This document shows positions 25,197 through 37,247 of a stretch of DNA of 64,000 bases, piece after piece; position 1 is the first letter of the stretch; each line of letters begins with the position of its first letter. The stretch comes from Rhynchopus sp. YZ270_cl-10 (Eukaryota): assembly GCA_964035575.1 (NCBI GenBank), contig OZ037834.1:62001-126000 (forward strand), in the 5' to 3' direction. The position numbers were made by a program, and so were the translations under genes. A model generated the notes under the pieces. The model was not told the origin of the DNA, searched no databases, and saw only the letters and a list, made by a program, of their open reading frames with translations.

Positions 25197-26239
25197 ATTT
25201 TCTTATAATCAAAAGCCTTTTCCTGTTGTATTGGTGTGATGAGGTGGAGAAGGTGTGTGGAAAGAAACAACACTGCACATCTGCTCTCTCTTTTTTATAA
25301 CATATTCATTTGGGGTGACGATGGGTGTACGCAGCAAGAAAAACAACACAAACAACAAAGAACGAAGTACGGAAAGGCACACTCAGTTGATTCTAAAAAG
25401 AAGTGCCAATGTCAAAAGCAATGAGTTGAACCTGTACTATCACTCTATTGTCCTCACCTTTGCAAACAGATATCATAATAAACCGATTCCAGGGAGGTTG
25501 TGAGCATGTGTTTGTGCTCAGACCCCACAGAACATCAAAATGGTGTGGAACGGAAGAGGGGAAGGTTTTGAGATTGACCCACATGCATTCTGCTCTCACC
25601 TCCCACTCACCTCTGTTCCCATCATAAGCCCACTCCTCCTCCCCTCCTCCCAGCCGTTCCTCCTTTTCCCTTCAACCCCATCACTCTGTAATACCCCCCG
25701 ACGAGGCACCTTCCTCCCCATCGCTTAGTGTATTGTCCACATCGCTGTCCGCAAAGCCAAGCGTTTGCCCTGCCGGCAGCACCCCAAGAAGACTTGCCGT
25801 ATTCCTGCATTTGAACACAACGTACGTCCCCACCGCCTTTCCTACAGACGCTGCCGCCAGCGCAATCGACACATAGCTCCGAGATCGTTTTACACGGTGT
25901 TTGGTGCGTTGCGATCGCACAGGTACACAACGAGAAAGCAGCTGTGTTTTCTGAGTGCCTCGCTGACTCTCATTCAGACACTGTCTTCTAAGACTCACAC
26001 CGACGTCGCAGAATGGGACAAGCCCAGAACCGTACCCCCTGCTGTCAGCCACGAGATCCTGCAGCGTTTGGAGATCCTGAAGGAGAATGCGTGGGTGAGG
26101 CCGCTGCCGTCTCAGATGTCTCCTCGACCAAATGGGCGGCAATATTCGAAGGCCCACCTGAGCGAGTTGCACAGCACAGTGAGGCAGCTGTCACAGCGGA
26201 GCTGCTCTACGTTCCTTGCCCAGCTTCTCCTGTCGCTCT

Positions 26240-27331
26240 TTACGAAACACTGCAATGAGGCAAGCACCACGTCAGAGGTGCGTCAACCACATACTTCTTC
26301 AGTATGCCTTCACGTACTCGACTGGACACAGCACTGCTGCAGCCGGCAAGGTGTATGCTCCTCAACGAAGTGCAGTTGTAAGCAGCAAGGTCACCAAAGT
26401 GCGTAACTCTGCTGAGTGGTGATAGGTCTAGTTCTGTGAGACTGCTGCAGTATTGAAGAAACCTTGTACCAATGCAAGCAACATTGTTAAGTGGCGATAA
26501 GTCCACTTCTGTGAGGCTCCTGCAATGTTGAAGAAAGCTTGAACCAATTTGAGCAACATTGCGAAGTGGCGATAAGTTCACTGCCGTGAGGCTGGTGCAG
26601 AAACCAAGAAAGCTTCTACCAATGCGAGTAACATTGCTAAGTGGTGATAAGTCCACTGCTGCGAGACTGCTGCAATGTTGAAGAAAGCTTGCACCAATTT
26701 GAGCAACATTGTTAAGTGGCGATAAGTCCACTGCTGTGAGACTGCTGCAGTGTTCAAGAAAGCATTCACCAACGTGAGTAACTTTGCTGACCTGCGATAA
26801 GTCCACTGCTGTGAGGCTGGTGCAGTTGGCAAGAAAGTTGGTACCAATCCGCGTGAGACGTGTCAACCCAGACAGATCGACGCTTGTCAACGTTGGGCAT
26901 CCGTCAAGAAACTTGTCATCAATTTCCGTCACACAAGACACAGCACTCAGATCAAGTGCTGTTAACGATGCGCGTGCCAAGAAATTATACGGAATGACAG
27001 TCGCAACCTCCGCCTGCAGAAGCAAACACGCCACCTCAGGATCTTCCACAGTCTTCAGCCTTTCTGCAGTGATGTCCCTCTCACCCAACGCATGAAGTGC
27101 TGCTCTGACCTCGACCTTCTTCTCCGTCGTCAACACAATTGTGTCTCCAGCACTCAGCTGCGTCATGTCGTATCCTCCGTCCATCGCCTCCCCGCCGAAA
27201 CTCATCACAAAGCCGTCTTCAGGCAACCCCACTGCAGACGCCACCTTCCGACGCATCACCGCAGGTGTGTCATCTTCACCCAGCTCGACCGTATGCTTCA
27301 CTCCGTTCAACCCTTTGATGGTCAAATCCAT
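26240..27331 (-). CDS. UBL-LRR protein, copy 3 (363 aa, two extra LRRs)
   Basis: Same UBL domain; more and diverged LRRs; different tail but still ends CSVS. Confidence 0.9.
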   Translation of the reverse strand: MDLTIKGLNGVKHTVELGEDDTPAVMRRKVASAVGLPEDGFVMSFGGEAMDGGYDMTQLSAGDTIVLTTEKKVEVRAALHALGERDITAERLKTVEDPEVACLLLQAEVATVIPYNFLARASLTALDLSAVSCVTEIDDKFLDGCPTLTSVDLSGLTRLTRIGTNFLANCTSLTAVDLSQVSKVTHVGECFLEHCSSLTAVDLSPLNNVAQIGASFLQHCSSLAAVDLSPLSNVTRIGRSFLGFCTSLTAVNLSPLRNVAQIGSSFLQHCRSLTEVDLSPLNNVACIGTRFLQYCSSLTELDLSPLSRVTHFGDLAAYNCTSLRSIHLAGCSSAVSSRVREGILKKYVVDAPLTWCLPHCSVS

Positions 27332-27607
27332 ATTTTCTTATAACCAAAGCCTTTGTCCTGTTGTATTGGTGTGATGAGGTGGAGAAGGTGTGTGAAAGAA
27401 ACAACACTGCACATCTGCTCTATCTATACACAGTGATGAAAGATCTTCTCAACGCACCCCGAGAGGCGTTCCAGGCTGTGCACCTCACATCACGACCGGA
27501 AGTGGCGTTCATGTTGTCAACTCACACACCACTGGTTGGGCCAGAACTGTAACAGTCAGTTGGGGACCGAATATCGTATGATTCGTATAATTAATTACCG
27601 TGGTGTC

Positions 27608-28169
27608 CAGGGGACATTAGTATGCCGGTGTGCCGGTGTGGCCACACCGGCTAAGCCGGTGTGGGATTTTGAGAAAAAAAAAAAAAAAAAAAGAAAAAGG
27701 CAGATTTTTGAATTTTTTTTCTGAATTTTATCTCCTCATACAAGGCTACAACCACATCTGTAGCGGTTTCTTATGTGCATGTGACCCCACCACAAAGACC
27801 AATCGGTCCGTTCAATCAAAAGAAATAGATGTTTGCAACTCTCATAAAAAAGTAGCGTACCGTGCGCCTGCGGCGCAGCTAAAAATGACGAGCGGTAGCC
27901 CACAGCTCTACCCTAGGCCATAGTCACAGCTACCTTTACCATAGTTTGGCTATAAAAGCGTGCGATTTTATGTCACAATTTTTGAAATGTTGCGTACCGT
28001 GGCTTCGCCAGAAAAGTTTTGATGCCATATGGTTAGACAAGGGCGCGGAGGGGAAAGAGTTGTGGAGGTCTCTGCCAAAAATGCGTGGGGAAAAAAAAAT
28101 TGCCTCACACCGGCTTTTTTGGCTCACACCGGCTTTTTTTTCAAAATCTCAAACTACCAATGTCCCCTG
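27608..28169. mobile_element. Non-autonomous hAT element with 8-bp TSD
   Basis: CAGGGGACATTAGTA ... TACCAATGTCCCCTG; GTGGTGTC repeated at 27600-27607 and 28170-28177; subterminal GCCGGTGTG repeats. Confidence 0.9.
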
Positions 28170-28597
28170 GTGGTGTCTCTTACTTTCAAAAAAAAATAAT
28201 ATATGACCCAAAATTCGAGAACGAACGTTATAATACTGTGCGAATATTTTACTTTATTCACCAAAAACCTTAAACAGTTATATTTCATACGAAAGCTCAT
28301 TAATAGAAGAACATGCATTGCTCGAAAATAAGAGACAGCACGGTATACGAATTATTCGAATTTTACAAACCTAGATGGGGTGGTGTGGTGGTGGTGCAAG
28401 GGGGGCAAGAGAGAAAGTTTGTACTTATTTTTGTTTGTTTGCTTGTTTATAAAGACATCTGTACGTTTTTTTTTTTTTTTTTTTGCCAAATCTACGTGGC
28501 GAAAAGGCCTTCTGTGCTTTATTTTGCTTTTTTTTTTTGAGTTTTTTTTTTCCCTTTCTAATTTTTCTTCAATATTGAGTATCTAGTCTAGTAGGTT

Positions 28598-28808
28598 CAC
28601 GATGACCTTTTTACCACGGTAACAAGCAAAAAGGCGATTAAAAGGGGATTACTTTTGCAGCATGTTAACTTAACAAGCTTGAGCTTTGTTACGGCACATG
28701 CATTTTTTTTTGCGTGCCTTTACATTTCTGTAACAAGCAAAATAGCAAGCTGTTCCGTTGGTACCATTTTTTATTTTTGCTTGCTACCACAGTAACAAAG
28801 CCACCGTG
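28598..28808. mobile_element. CACG...CGTG MITE
   Basis: Imperfect ~34-bp TIRs (CACGATGACCTTTTTACCACGGTAACAAGCAAAA / TTTTGCTTGCTACCACAGTAACAAAGCCACCGTG); no clear TSD. Confidence 0.65.
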
Positions 28809-29279
28809 CAGGGGAGGGGGGGGGTGGGGAAGGGAATGGACAATGTGGATCAGGGAATATGAACTAGTCATATGAAGAGTATATGACTTGAAATCAGGCA
28901 CTCCGCTAGGTACTAAAGTTCTGTTGATTGTCAACAGAACTTTTTGAAAATGGGGAAAAAAAGAAAAAAAAAAAAGTTCTGCTAAGTGGTTCAGACCCGT
29001 TCCACCTGTCAAAAAAGCTCAGGAGAAGAAGATATGGAGAGGTGAGTGCTCAAACGTCCCAAAAAAGTCAAAATCGGGCGTTGGTAAAAAAAAAAGTTGC
29101 GTACCGTGCGCCTGCGGCGCAAGCATGTACCCCACCAACGTGGACCATCAACAGAATATTTTCAAAATCGGAAATCCTAGCGGAGAGCCTGCTTGAAATA
29201 CAACAAAAAAAAAAAAAAAAAACTGTAGTTGTCAGGCTTTGCGCTAACTTCTGTCCTTTGTCCCGGGATTTTTGGATAT

Positions 29280-30950
29280 TTTTGTGGTGCGTTTTTTTTT
29301 TGCAAACCGGGGGTTCCTTAAGAAAACCAGAGAATCTCATATTTCATAGTAAGGGTACTTTAGAGTGTTTTCACACACACATGTGACCCCACCGTGGAGA
29401 GCAATCGGCTCGCGCGATCAAAAGAAAGCAGAGAAGAGGGAAAAGAAAAAAAGAAAAAAGTTGGGTACCGTGCGCCTGCGGCGCTACCTGTTCCTACCCT
29501 CCTTTATGTTTAAACATGATGTACTTATGTACAGTTCATTTTATTTTGAGTACGGCACCACATCCCCCCTGAGGATGATCCCCCCTCCCTCACGGATAAA
29601 GATTGATTAGGACGCCATGGGGCACACCCCCTCCGAGGCCATAACCGTCCTGGGTTTTCTCACTCTTCTCTGTGGTCACTGAAACCCCACCGTCATCACT
29701 ACGTTACCGATAGCTTCTTCAGTACGTTGGGTTTTCAGACCTGAAAATAACCCTTGTTTACGAGTATGGGCTCATGTTTTGTCAAATTTTAAGTCGCTGC
29801 ATTTTTGTCCATTTTTCCGTACATCCCCCACCACAATCCGGGATTGGTTCGGAAATGCAACAAAACGACCTCTTGGCGGGAAAAAGCCACAGGAAATTTA
29901 CGCACTTTTTGCAAACAGGGGGTTCCTTACTAAAACCAGAGGAATCTCATCGTTCAGAGTAAGAGTACTTTAGAGTGTTTTTGCGCACACATGTGACCCC
30001 ACCGTGGAGAGCAATCGGCTCGTGCAATCAAAAGAAAGCAGAAAAAAGGGAAAAATAAAAAGAAAAAAGTTGGGTACCGTGCGCCTGCGGCACTACCTGT
30101 TCCCAGTCAAAACACCACAATTTCATCTGAATTTGGGTTTTCAGACCTGAAAATGCCCCTTGTTGGGGTGGCCCGTGGGCGCGGCTGAAATTGTGTTCTT
30201 TTTTTTAGGAGAAAATCACAAGAGGTCGCAACAGAATCACAAAAAATCTTGTGATTATTTGTGATTATTTGTGATTTTTTTTTTACTGTCGTGATTATTT
30301 GTGACTTTTTGTGATTTTTTTTTTGATTGTTGTGATTTTTGGTGATTATTTGTGATTTTTGGTGATTTTTGGTGATTTTTTTTTTATTGCCGTGATTATT
30401 TTGTGACTTTTTGTGATTATTTTTTTGATTGTTGTGATTTTTGGTGATTATTTGTGATTTTTTGTGATTTTTTTTTTGATTGTTGTGATTATTTGTGATT
30501 ATTTGTGATTTTTTTTTTATTGTTGTGATTTTTGGTGATCATTTGTGATTTTTTGTGATTTTTTTTTTGACTGCCGTGATTATTTGTGACTTTTTGTGAT
30601 TATTTGTGATTTTTTTTTATATTGCCGTGATAATTTACTATTATTTTTTTTGTGATTTTTTGTGATTTTTTGTGATTTTTTTTTTTTTATTTTTTTTATT
30701 TTTGAAAAAAAAAAACGCCGTGCCCCCGGGCCACCCCACTTGTTTAAGAGTATGGGTTCATATTTTGTGAAAATTTAAGTCACTAAAATTTTGTCCATTT
30801 TCCCGAATATGCCCCACCACAGCGCGGGATTGGCTCGGAAATGCCACAAAACACTGTTTTTTCACCCCCTGACGCACAACTATTTGAGGTGCGTTTTTTT
30901 GGTCCCGAAACACGATTTTTCAGATTTTTTTCCAAAAGTTAGCGCGAAGC
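29280..30950. repeat. Degenerate tandem copies of a dispersed repeat family C (GTACCGTGCGCCTGCGGCGC and ATGGGTTCATATTTTGTGAAAATTT motifs)
   Basis: 29300-29495 is repeated at 29910-30105; related motifs at ~27780-28030, 29090, 48030-48330 and 53630-53750. Confidence 0.7.
30164..30738. mobile_element. TGG...CCA MITE with 5-bp TSD and an internal (TTTTTGTGAT)n array
   Basis: TGGGGTGGCCC ... GGGCCACCCCA; CTTGT on both sides; empty site visible in the paralogous sequence at ~29741-29775. Confidence 0.9.
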
Positions 30951-31462
30951 CTGGTAGTTGTTGATGCAGGCACACCTCCGACTGACCCACTGTACGCTGC
31001 CAGCCATACCGAATGAAAAAAGATCGGGTCTTTTGTGCGCTCAAAGCCGGGAAAACAAAAAGGTGAAAAAAATTGTGTTAAACTGAAGTACGGTTGTTGT
31101 GGTTAATTGAGTACTCAAAGAAAACAAGCAAGCTTCTGTTTTATTCAATCCGTTTTGTTTGCCCTGCAGCGCTGCCTCCAATCTTTTTAGAATTGACAAC
31201 AAGTTGTTTTATCAAAAAAAAAAAACACTCACACAAGTGCACCTAAAGAACATCTGTCAGATGAATGTGCGCTCCCTGCAAATACATCATGCGAGAAACG
31301 GAGGGGGGTAATAACAGTCTGCGAAGAGGGGGGGTTGATGAATCGTTTGTTAAATGAAAAATTGGTTGGTTATCTCTGTTTTGCTTTGGCGTTTGTTTTT
31401 TTTTTTTGCCGAAAAAATCCCCTTTCCCCCCTCTACGAAGAAGGGGGAAACCAAGAAAATTT

Positions 31463-31509
<47 letters not shown>

Positions 31510-32919
31510 AGTTTTAGACAGGGAAGTTCCTAAGTGGGACCGAGAACATGAAATTCTGGATTTTAGTTTTTTTTTTCCTTTTTTTTTTTCCTTTTTTTCC
31601 TTGGGGGGCTTTCTTGTGGTTTCTAGTGGGTTTCACTGTAGGTGACACACCACCAGTGTGGTGAAATGGTCGAAACTCTCAAAAGCAAGAGTTTTCAGGG
31701 GGCAAGAAAAAAAAAATTGACAACAAAATCCTGCACCGTCAGGGCTGTACCCCCAATTTTTTTTTGCCTGCGGCGCCATTTTTCATTTTTTGCTCTGCAA
31801 AAAAGGGTTCGTGGGAAGCTAGATTTTTACACTGTACTCAAAATTTTTTGCCTGCGGCGCCATTTATATTATTTTTTGCTCCGCAAAAAGAGAAGTGCAA
31901 CGCCTCACCGTTCATCGGCGGAAGCACTGGTTCCACGGGTTATCGAACCCCAGAGAGCACTTCATTGGCATGCACGCGGTTACCGCGAGGGAGCGTGTAT
32001 ACAGGTACAAAATCACTGCCCCATCCAAATAATATTCCCAACGTCTTTGGGGGTCCCCTTGCATTTTGCAGCCAAAAATGCAACTAGACCAAAGCTGCAA
32101 AAAGTTCCGCGCGAGTGTAGCGCGCCCGGGTTTGGGACCCCTTTTTGAATTTCGAAGGGCGGTTAAAGTGGGCCCAGAATCACAGTTCTGACACTCATTT
32201 AGCATTGTGAGCAACTCACTAGTGGTCGTAACCAAAATTTGTATCAATCAAGAACTTGTCCATTTTCTCGAAATGACCCCACTACAGTGAGGGTAGAGCT
32301 CGGAAAGCCCGAAAAAGGGCAAAAAACCCCACCCAAAAAAAGGAAAAAAACGGGAACATAAATCCAGAATTTTGCTGTTTTCCCGAGAACAAGGAACAAC
32401 CCTGGTTTTAGAAGTAGAAGAAGAAAATAAGGGAAAAGGGGGACAATCTTGACAACGAGCTGCAGCCTGCAGCAGGCACACCGTACCACTCAGAGAGTGG
32501 CAGTGATTACTTCCTTTCCCCCACTTTCCCCATACCTATGCTATGATGGTTCGTAGGTTTTTTTTGCTGAAATCTACTGCAGTCTGTCTTTTCTTCTTGG
32601 GTTTCAGTTCTTTTTTCCCTTTTTTTGAAAACTTGGTTGTATGGATGTATGTACACATCCTTCGGAGGACTGCGCTACTCTTTGAAACTACCTGTCTACT
32701 CTGTTGATTCTAAAATCGGGAAGGGGGTAAAAAAAAAAAAAAATCGCGAAACGAAAAAAAGGGGGCGAGGTTGAAATGGATAAACGCTTTCCTCACCTTC
32801 CTCAGATCACTTTTCAAAACGCAAAAAGAAAAGAGAAAAAAAGGAATGAACTGTTTCTGGTGGGAGGTGGGTGGTTTTTGCTGTCTTGCCCTCCCCCTCC
32901 CTCCCCTCTACCCGTCATA

Positions 32920-34269
32920 TCACTGCCCCTTCGATAGATATTGTTGTTGGCGTTTTAGTCTCTCGAGGGCGTTCTTGCGGATGCACAGTACTTTGTAGAT
33001 TGCAAGTCGCTTGCGTGACGACCCGCACTGCAGCTCGAGCAGGGCCGACCCGTTAGCGCTCCGTGTGTGCAGGAGCACCACCTGTGTGATGTGGTGCGGT
33101 GTTTTGAAGGAATGTATTACTTCCTGTGTGTAATCTTTTTGGAAGAGGTGGAAAAAAAAATGGCGAACACTTTGCTTCACCACAATGCGTCAAAAGAAAA
33201 AGATCGTTTTTGGCACTTTTATAACCGGGCTCCGCTGAGTTCACCATATTTTTACTCGATTCATTTAGTAGAGTAACTAATTATGGCCATATTCATGCCA
33301 TATTCATCGCGAACAAAAACTGACAGAGCCCAACACCCCAATACAAGCACATACCTTAGACTCCGAGTCTTCATTTATCTCGTACAGCTCCGACACTGGG
33401 ACTTCGAGGATGAAGTTCCGGTCGTAGTGGTGCAGGAAGACGATGGCAGTGGGTGTGATGCGCAGTGTCACACTTGCGGACAACGTCTCGAGCTGTGGCA
33501 TCAGGTCTCCATCACCTAGGTGGCGGTCGATGGTGCAGCCGCTCAGGGAGATGCCGGAGCCGTACTCAATGGCGGAGCTGGCTTGGAATTCGTCCTCCGT
33601 TAGGAGCTGAGGGGGCAGGGGGTAGGGGGTAATCCAAATAAAGCATGCTATTTGGTATACTACGTAACAACAAGCTGTTGTCCGGGTCAAATGGTCATAT
33701 GAAACAAAAAACGAAGTAAATTTGAATGGCAAAGCGCCTCTCCTATGCAGGTTTTAAAAAAAAAGAGCAATTTTTTCTTAAAGATTACTCTAAGTCTTTG
33801 CATTTTGCTTTTTTTTTTCCTTATTTTTCTCTTTGTTTTCAAAAAAAAAAACCCTACATACCGCCGATTCGTACACCACCGGCTGCGCCCCACCTGCATG
33901 GCTCTGGTCTGTTGTGTGGGTGTACTGTGGCAGCTTCCCACCACTACCACCCGCACCTGCTGCTGCCGTGTGCGTCGGCGAATACGAAGGGTGAAAGGAC
34001 TGCTGCTGGGGTGGCGGCTGGCTGTAGAGACGCTGCATCTGCTGCTGCCAATTGCCGCCACCTTCTCCTCCACCACCCCCACCACCACCACCCGCAACAC
34101 CAGGTGGCGAGCTCCCAAACTGGCTCTTCAGCCCCTGCAGAAACGAGCTTGCCGTGTCCCCGCCGCTCCCGCTCCGCTGGTTCTCCCACCCTGCTTTGAG
34201 AAGCACACCACCGCCACCGTCGGCAGGCGGGTTCGCACTACCAGGGGGCACCCATGCTGGGAACGCCAT
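32920..34269 (-). CDS. Hypothetical 3-exon protein (~273 aa): Gly/Gln-rich N-terminus and a possible PH-like C-terminal domain. Exons 34269-33862, 33606-33355, 33081-32920
   Basis: GTATG donors and C-rich CAG acceptors; all exons phase 0 and join into one open frame. Confidence 0.8.
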
Positions 34270-34469
34270 TGCTGGGGATTGTCTGAGTGGTGTTGGGTGA
34301 GGGGAGCAGAGGGTATGAAGGGCAGAACAGATCACAATGGTGACCCAGTCAGCGCCATGAGGAGCACTGTTAGTGGTCAGTTTGCTGGTATAAAAAAAAA
34401 AATTCGGCTCGGGAAATCGTATCCCTCAGCAGCTTTTGGGGTACCTCAGGGGGAAATAGTTACTATATT

Positions 34470-34616
34470 TGGTGTGGCCGACTATCCCAAAATAGCAGAA
34501 AATAGCAGAAAGTAGCACAAAAATAGCACATCCCTTTCAACCGCACCAAAAAAATCCAGATGCCCATAATAGCAGAAAAATAGCACAACAATAGCACCCT
34601 CCTTTCAGCCACACCA
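34470..34616. mobile_element. TGGTGTGGC MITE with 5-bp TSD
   Basis: TGGTGTGGC ... GCCACACCA; ATATT on both sides; internal AAAATAGCA repeats. Confidence 0.9.
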
Positions 34617-34865
34617 ATATTTCCAGAAAAAAAATATACTAATTGTAAAACTGATTGGCATGTGTCAGTCATGTATACTGGTTGGGCTTTTGTTCCAGTA
34701 AAAGGTGCTGGTAAGAGAGAGTCCATCCTTGTTAGCGACCAGGTCACCATGTCGTTTCATATACAGCAACACAACAACCGGCGGTAGGGAAACCCTCTTC
34801 TTCGGGTTTTGAAATCCCAAAACATCTGCCTCCTTTTTTACCTCTCCGGTGCTAGTGATACTATA

Positions 34866-34990
34866 TGGGGTGTCCCGGGCACGGCGTAATTCATGTGTAA
34901 TGGGTATGGGGTGTAATTCGGTGAAATGGTGTGAAATGGTGTGAAAGTGTGTGTAGGTGGGTGTTAGTGTGGTACCCCCGGGACACCCCA
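34866..34990. mobile_element. TGGGGTG MITE with 5-bp TSD
   Basis: TGGGGTGTCCCGGG ... CCCGGGACACCCCA; CTATA on both sides; internal GGTGTGAAAT repeats. Confidence 0.9.
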
Positions 34991-36712
34991 CTATACTCCC
35001 ACATCACCGAATAAGAGAAGTATACAAGAATAGAAAATAGAAGGGGAATAAAAAAAAAAAAATGCCATTTTTTTTTTGAACAACACCTCGTTTCGCTACC
35101 CCACCCCATTTTGCTTTCTTGTTGTTGCTTTTTTTTGTTTTTTTTTTTTTTGTTTTATGCAGATTCCATAACGAACGGTAATGGGGATACGGGAGGGGAT
35201 GGGGGAAAGGTGGGTCGTAAGGTCTTTTTTATATATCCGTAACACCCAACGGAAGGGGAGGGGGAGGGGGGGGAGAGAAAACATTCTGCTGTCTGTTTGC
35301 CCAAGTAGAAAGTTGATTGGAGGTTTTTTTTTTCTTCATTATCCCCTTCAGACTCCTTTACCACAGACACCCACACCCCTTTTTGCCTCACAGCTCTGTA
35401 CAGAACTGAACGCCGCTACGTTATAAAGTTCTGTTTCAACAACAGAACTCAGGGCAGAGGGGGGGGAAAGCTGAAACAAAAAAGCACTCTCGTGAACAGT
35501 GTACCTTTGGTACAAAATGACCGGCTGTACCGGGGAGAGCTGGACACCCAAACCATGCAGTCCATATGCGACCGTATCTGAGGAACTATTTCTCCTTTAA
35601 GCTATTCTTTGTAGGTATAAAGGAAGAAGAGGGGGAAAAAAAAAATGGGGGGGCCACACACACATTCACGCCGCCTATGTTTATTATTATTTCCACTTTC
35701 GCTTGATTTAAAAAAAAAAAGAAATCCACGCGTCAGTGAACGTGGTTGTATTTGTGGTATGTTGTGTATGTGGTGCTGTGTTTGCCTCTTTGCCTCTGGG
35801 GGGTAGAGGCAGTGTCTTGTGTGTTTTGAGCAGATTGCAGAGTACAGAACTCCTTATAGTGTAACATTGTCCAGTAGGGTGTGTTTGCACTGCACGGTGG
35901 ACTGCTCAAGGCAAAGTACGAGGCAATGACCATGGTCAATCCACCGTGGAACACCACGACACTTTGTTATTACATGACAATCACATTTTTGCACAACATC
36001 ACAAAGTGCAAAGCGTTAATCGATAAATGCTTGTCAAATGTTTTTTTGTCATATTATTACAAAATGCCGTCGTGTGTTGGAGAGGATGGGAGGATGGGGA
36101 GGATGGGGAGGATGGGGGATACAGAACAGAACGAGAGGACTTGCTTGGCTATCGTTGTTCGCCCCCTTTTTTTTTCCCCAAAAAAAAAAGGGGGGAGAGG
36201 GAAAATGAAGTTCGATAAGCGAGCCTTCCTCTGGGATGCAAAGGTGGCATCTACGAAACCTTTGTTTGATTACATACTACTACCCCCAGATAGCAGCCAC
36301 GGTGTTCTTCACAGGGACCCTTAAAAGGTTGCCTCTACAAAAACAAACAAGGAAAAAAAAAAAAGGAAAAAAAAATGTCAGATGAATGTGCCCTCTGGTT
36401 GATAGTGTACCTTTTGGTACAAATGACCGGTACACCGGGGGGTGGACCCCAGCCATGCAGTCCTACATCCATTTCGTGGTGTACATCTGGAAGGGGGAAA
36501 AAAAAGTTAGTCACCTTGAAAAAAGAATACACCCCACCCCCCCTCCCCGATAACCTAATACCCCAATACCCCTTGCATTTTGCTTTATTTTATTTTTGGA
36601 AAAATAACAAAAGAAAAAAAACATAAAAACACAGTAAATATCTCTCTCTCTCTCTCTCTATGTGTGGACGGCGTTTCTCGAAAACCCCTGTAATAGCTGT
36701 TTTTTTTTTTTT

Positions 36713-36814
36713 GGTGCTCCTGGCAACCCTATATTGCGTACTTCTTGCGTACTTAGTGCGTTAGTTGTCGCGTACTTCATTTTTTTTTTTTTTTTTTGAA
36801 TTTCTGGAGTACCA
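36713..36814. mobile_element. TGGTRCTCC MITE
   Basis: TGGTGCTCC ... GGAGTACCA; homologous to 62022-62111 and to a partial copy at ~44972-45025; TSD not clean. Confidence 0.7.
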
Positions 36815-37247
36815 GTATTGTGATAATTTCCCATCATAAGACACAACCACACAATACAGGTGTATTGTGAATGTGCATTATGCATCATCATGGGCATTTA
36901 TCACAGCTATCACTAGAAAACCCTTTTCATCTTTGTTTGTTTTCTGAACCTTTTTTGAATTCGAGCTCTTTTTTTTTTTTTGTATTGCACCGACCACACA
37001 GTTTTGGATAAACTGCCCCTAGAAAACCTAATGGCTACACCCTCTGGACTACACTTTATCCTTTTTTTTCTCCCCCTCTTTATTTCTCTACTATGTTTTG
37101 TCTTCTTTTTTTCATATTTTCCCAAAAAAAAAAATAAAAAAAAAACTTCCACCCCACACCCCCCTGCACCCCCTACACCCCTACACCTCCTACACTAAAA
37201 ACCCCAAAATAATAATAATAAAAAAAAAAAAAAATAGACTCAAATCC

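Larger units (their letters stand above)
21340..27422. repeat. Tandem segmental triplication; unit starts spaced 2006 bp, third unit longer and diverged
   Basis: Unit start AACAACAAAGAACGAAGTACGG at ~21340, 23346 and 25352; ORF coordinates shift by exactly 2006. Confidence 0.95.

Noticed and set aside
35390..35450. Spliced-leader RNA gene
   Set aside because: Only a short partial resemblance (GTACAGAACTG); no full SL exon, donor site or Sm site
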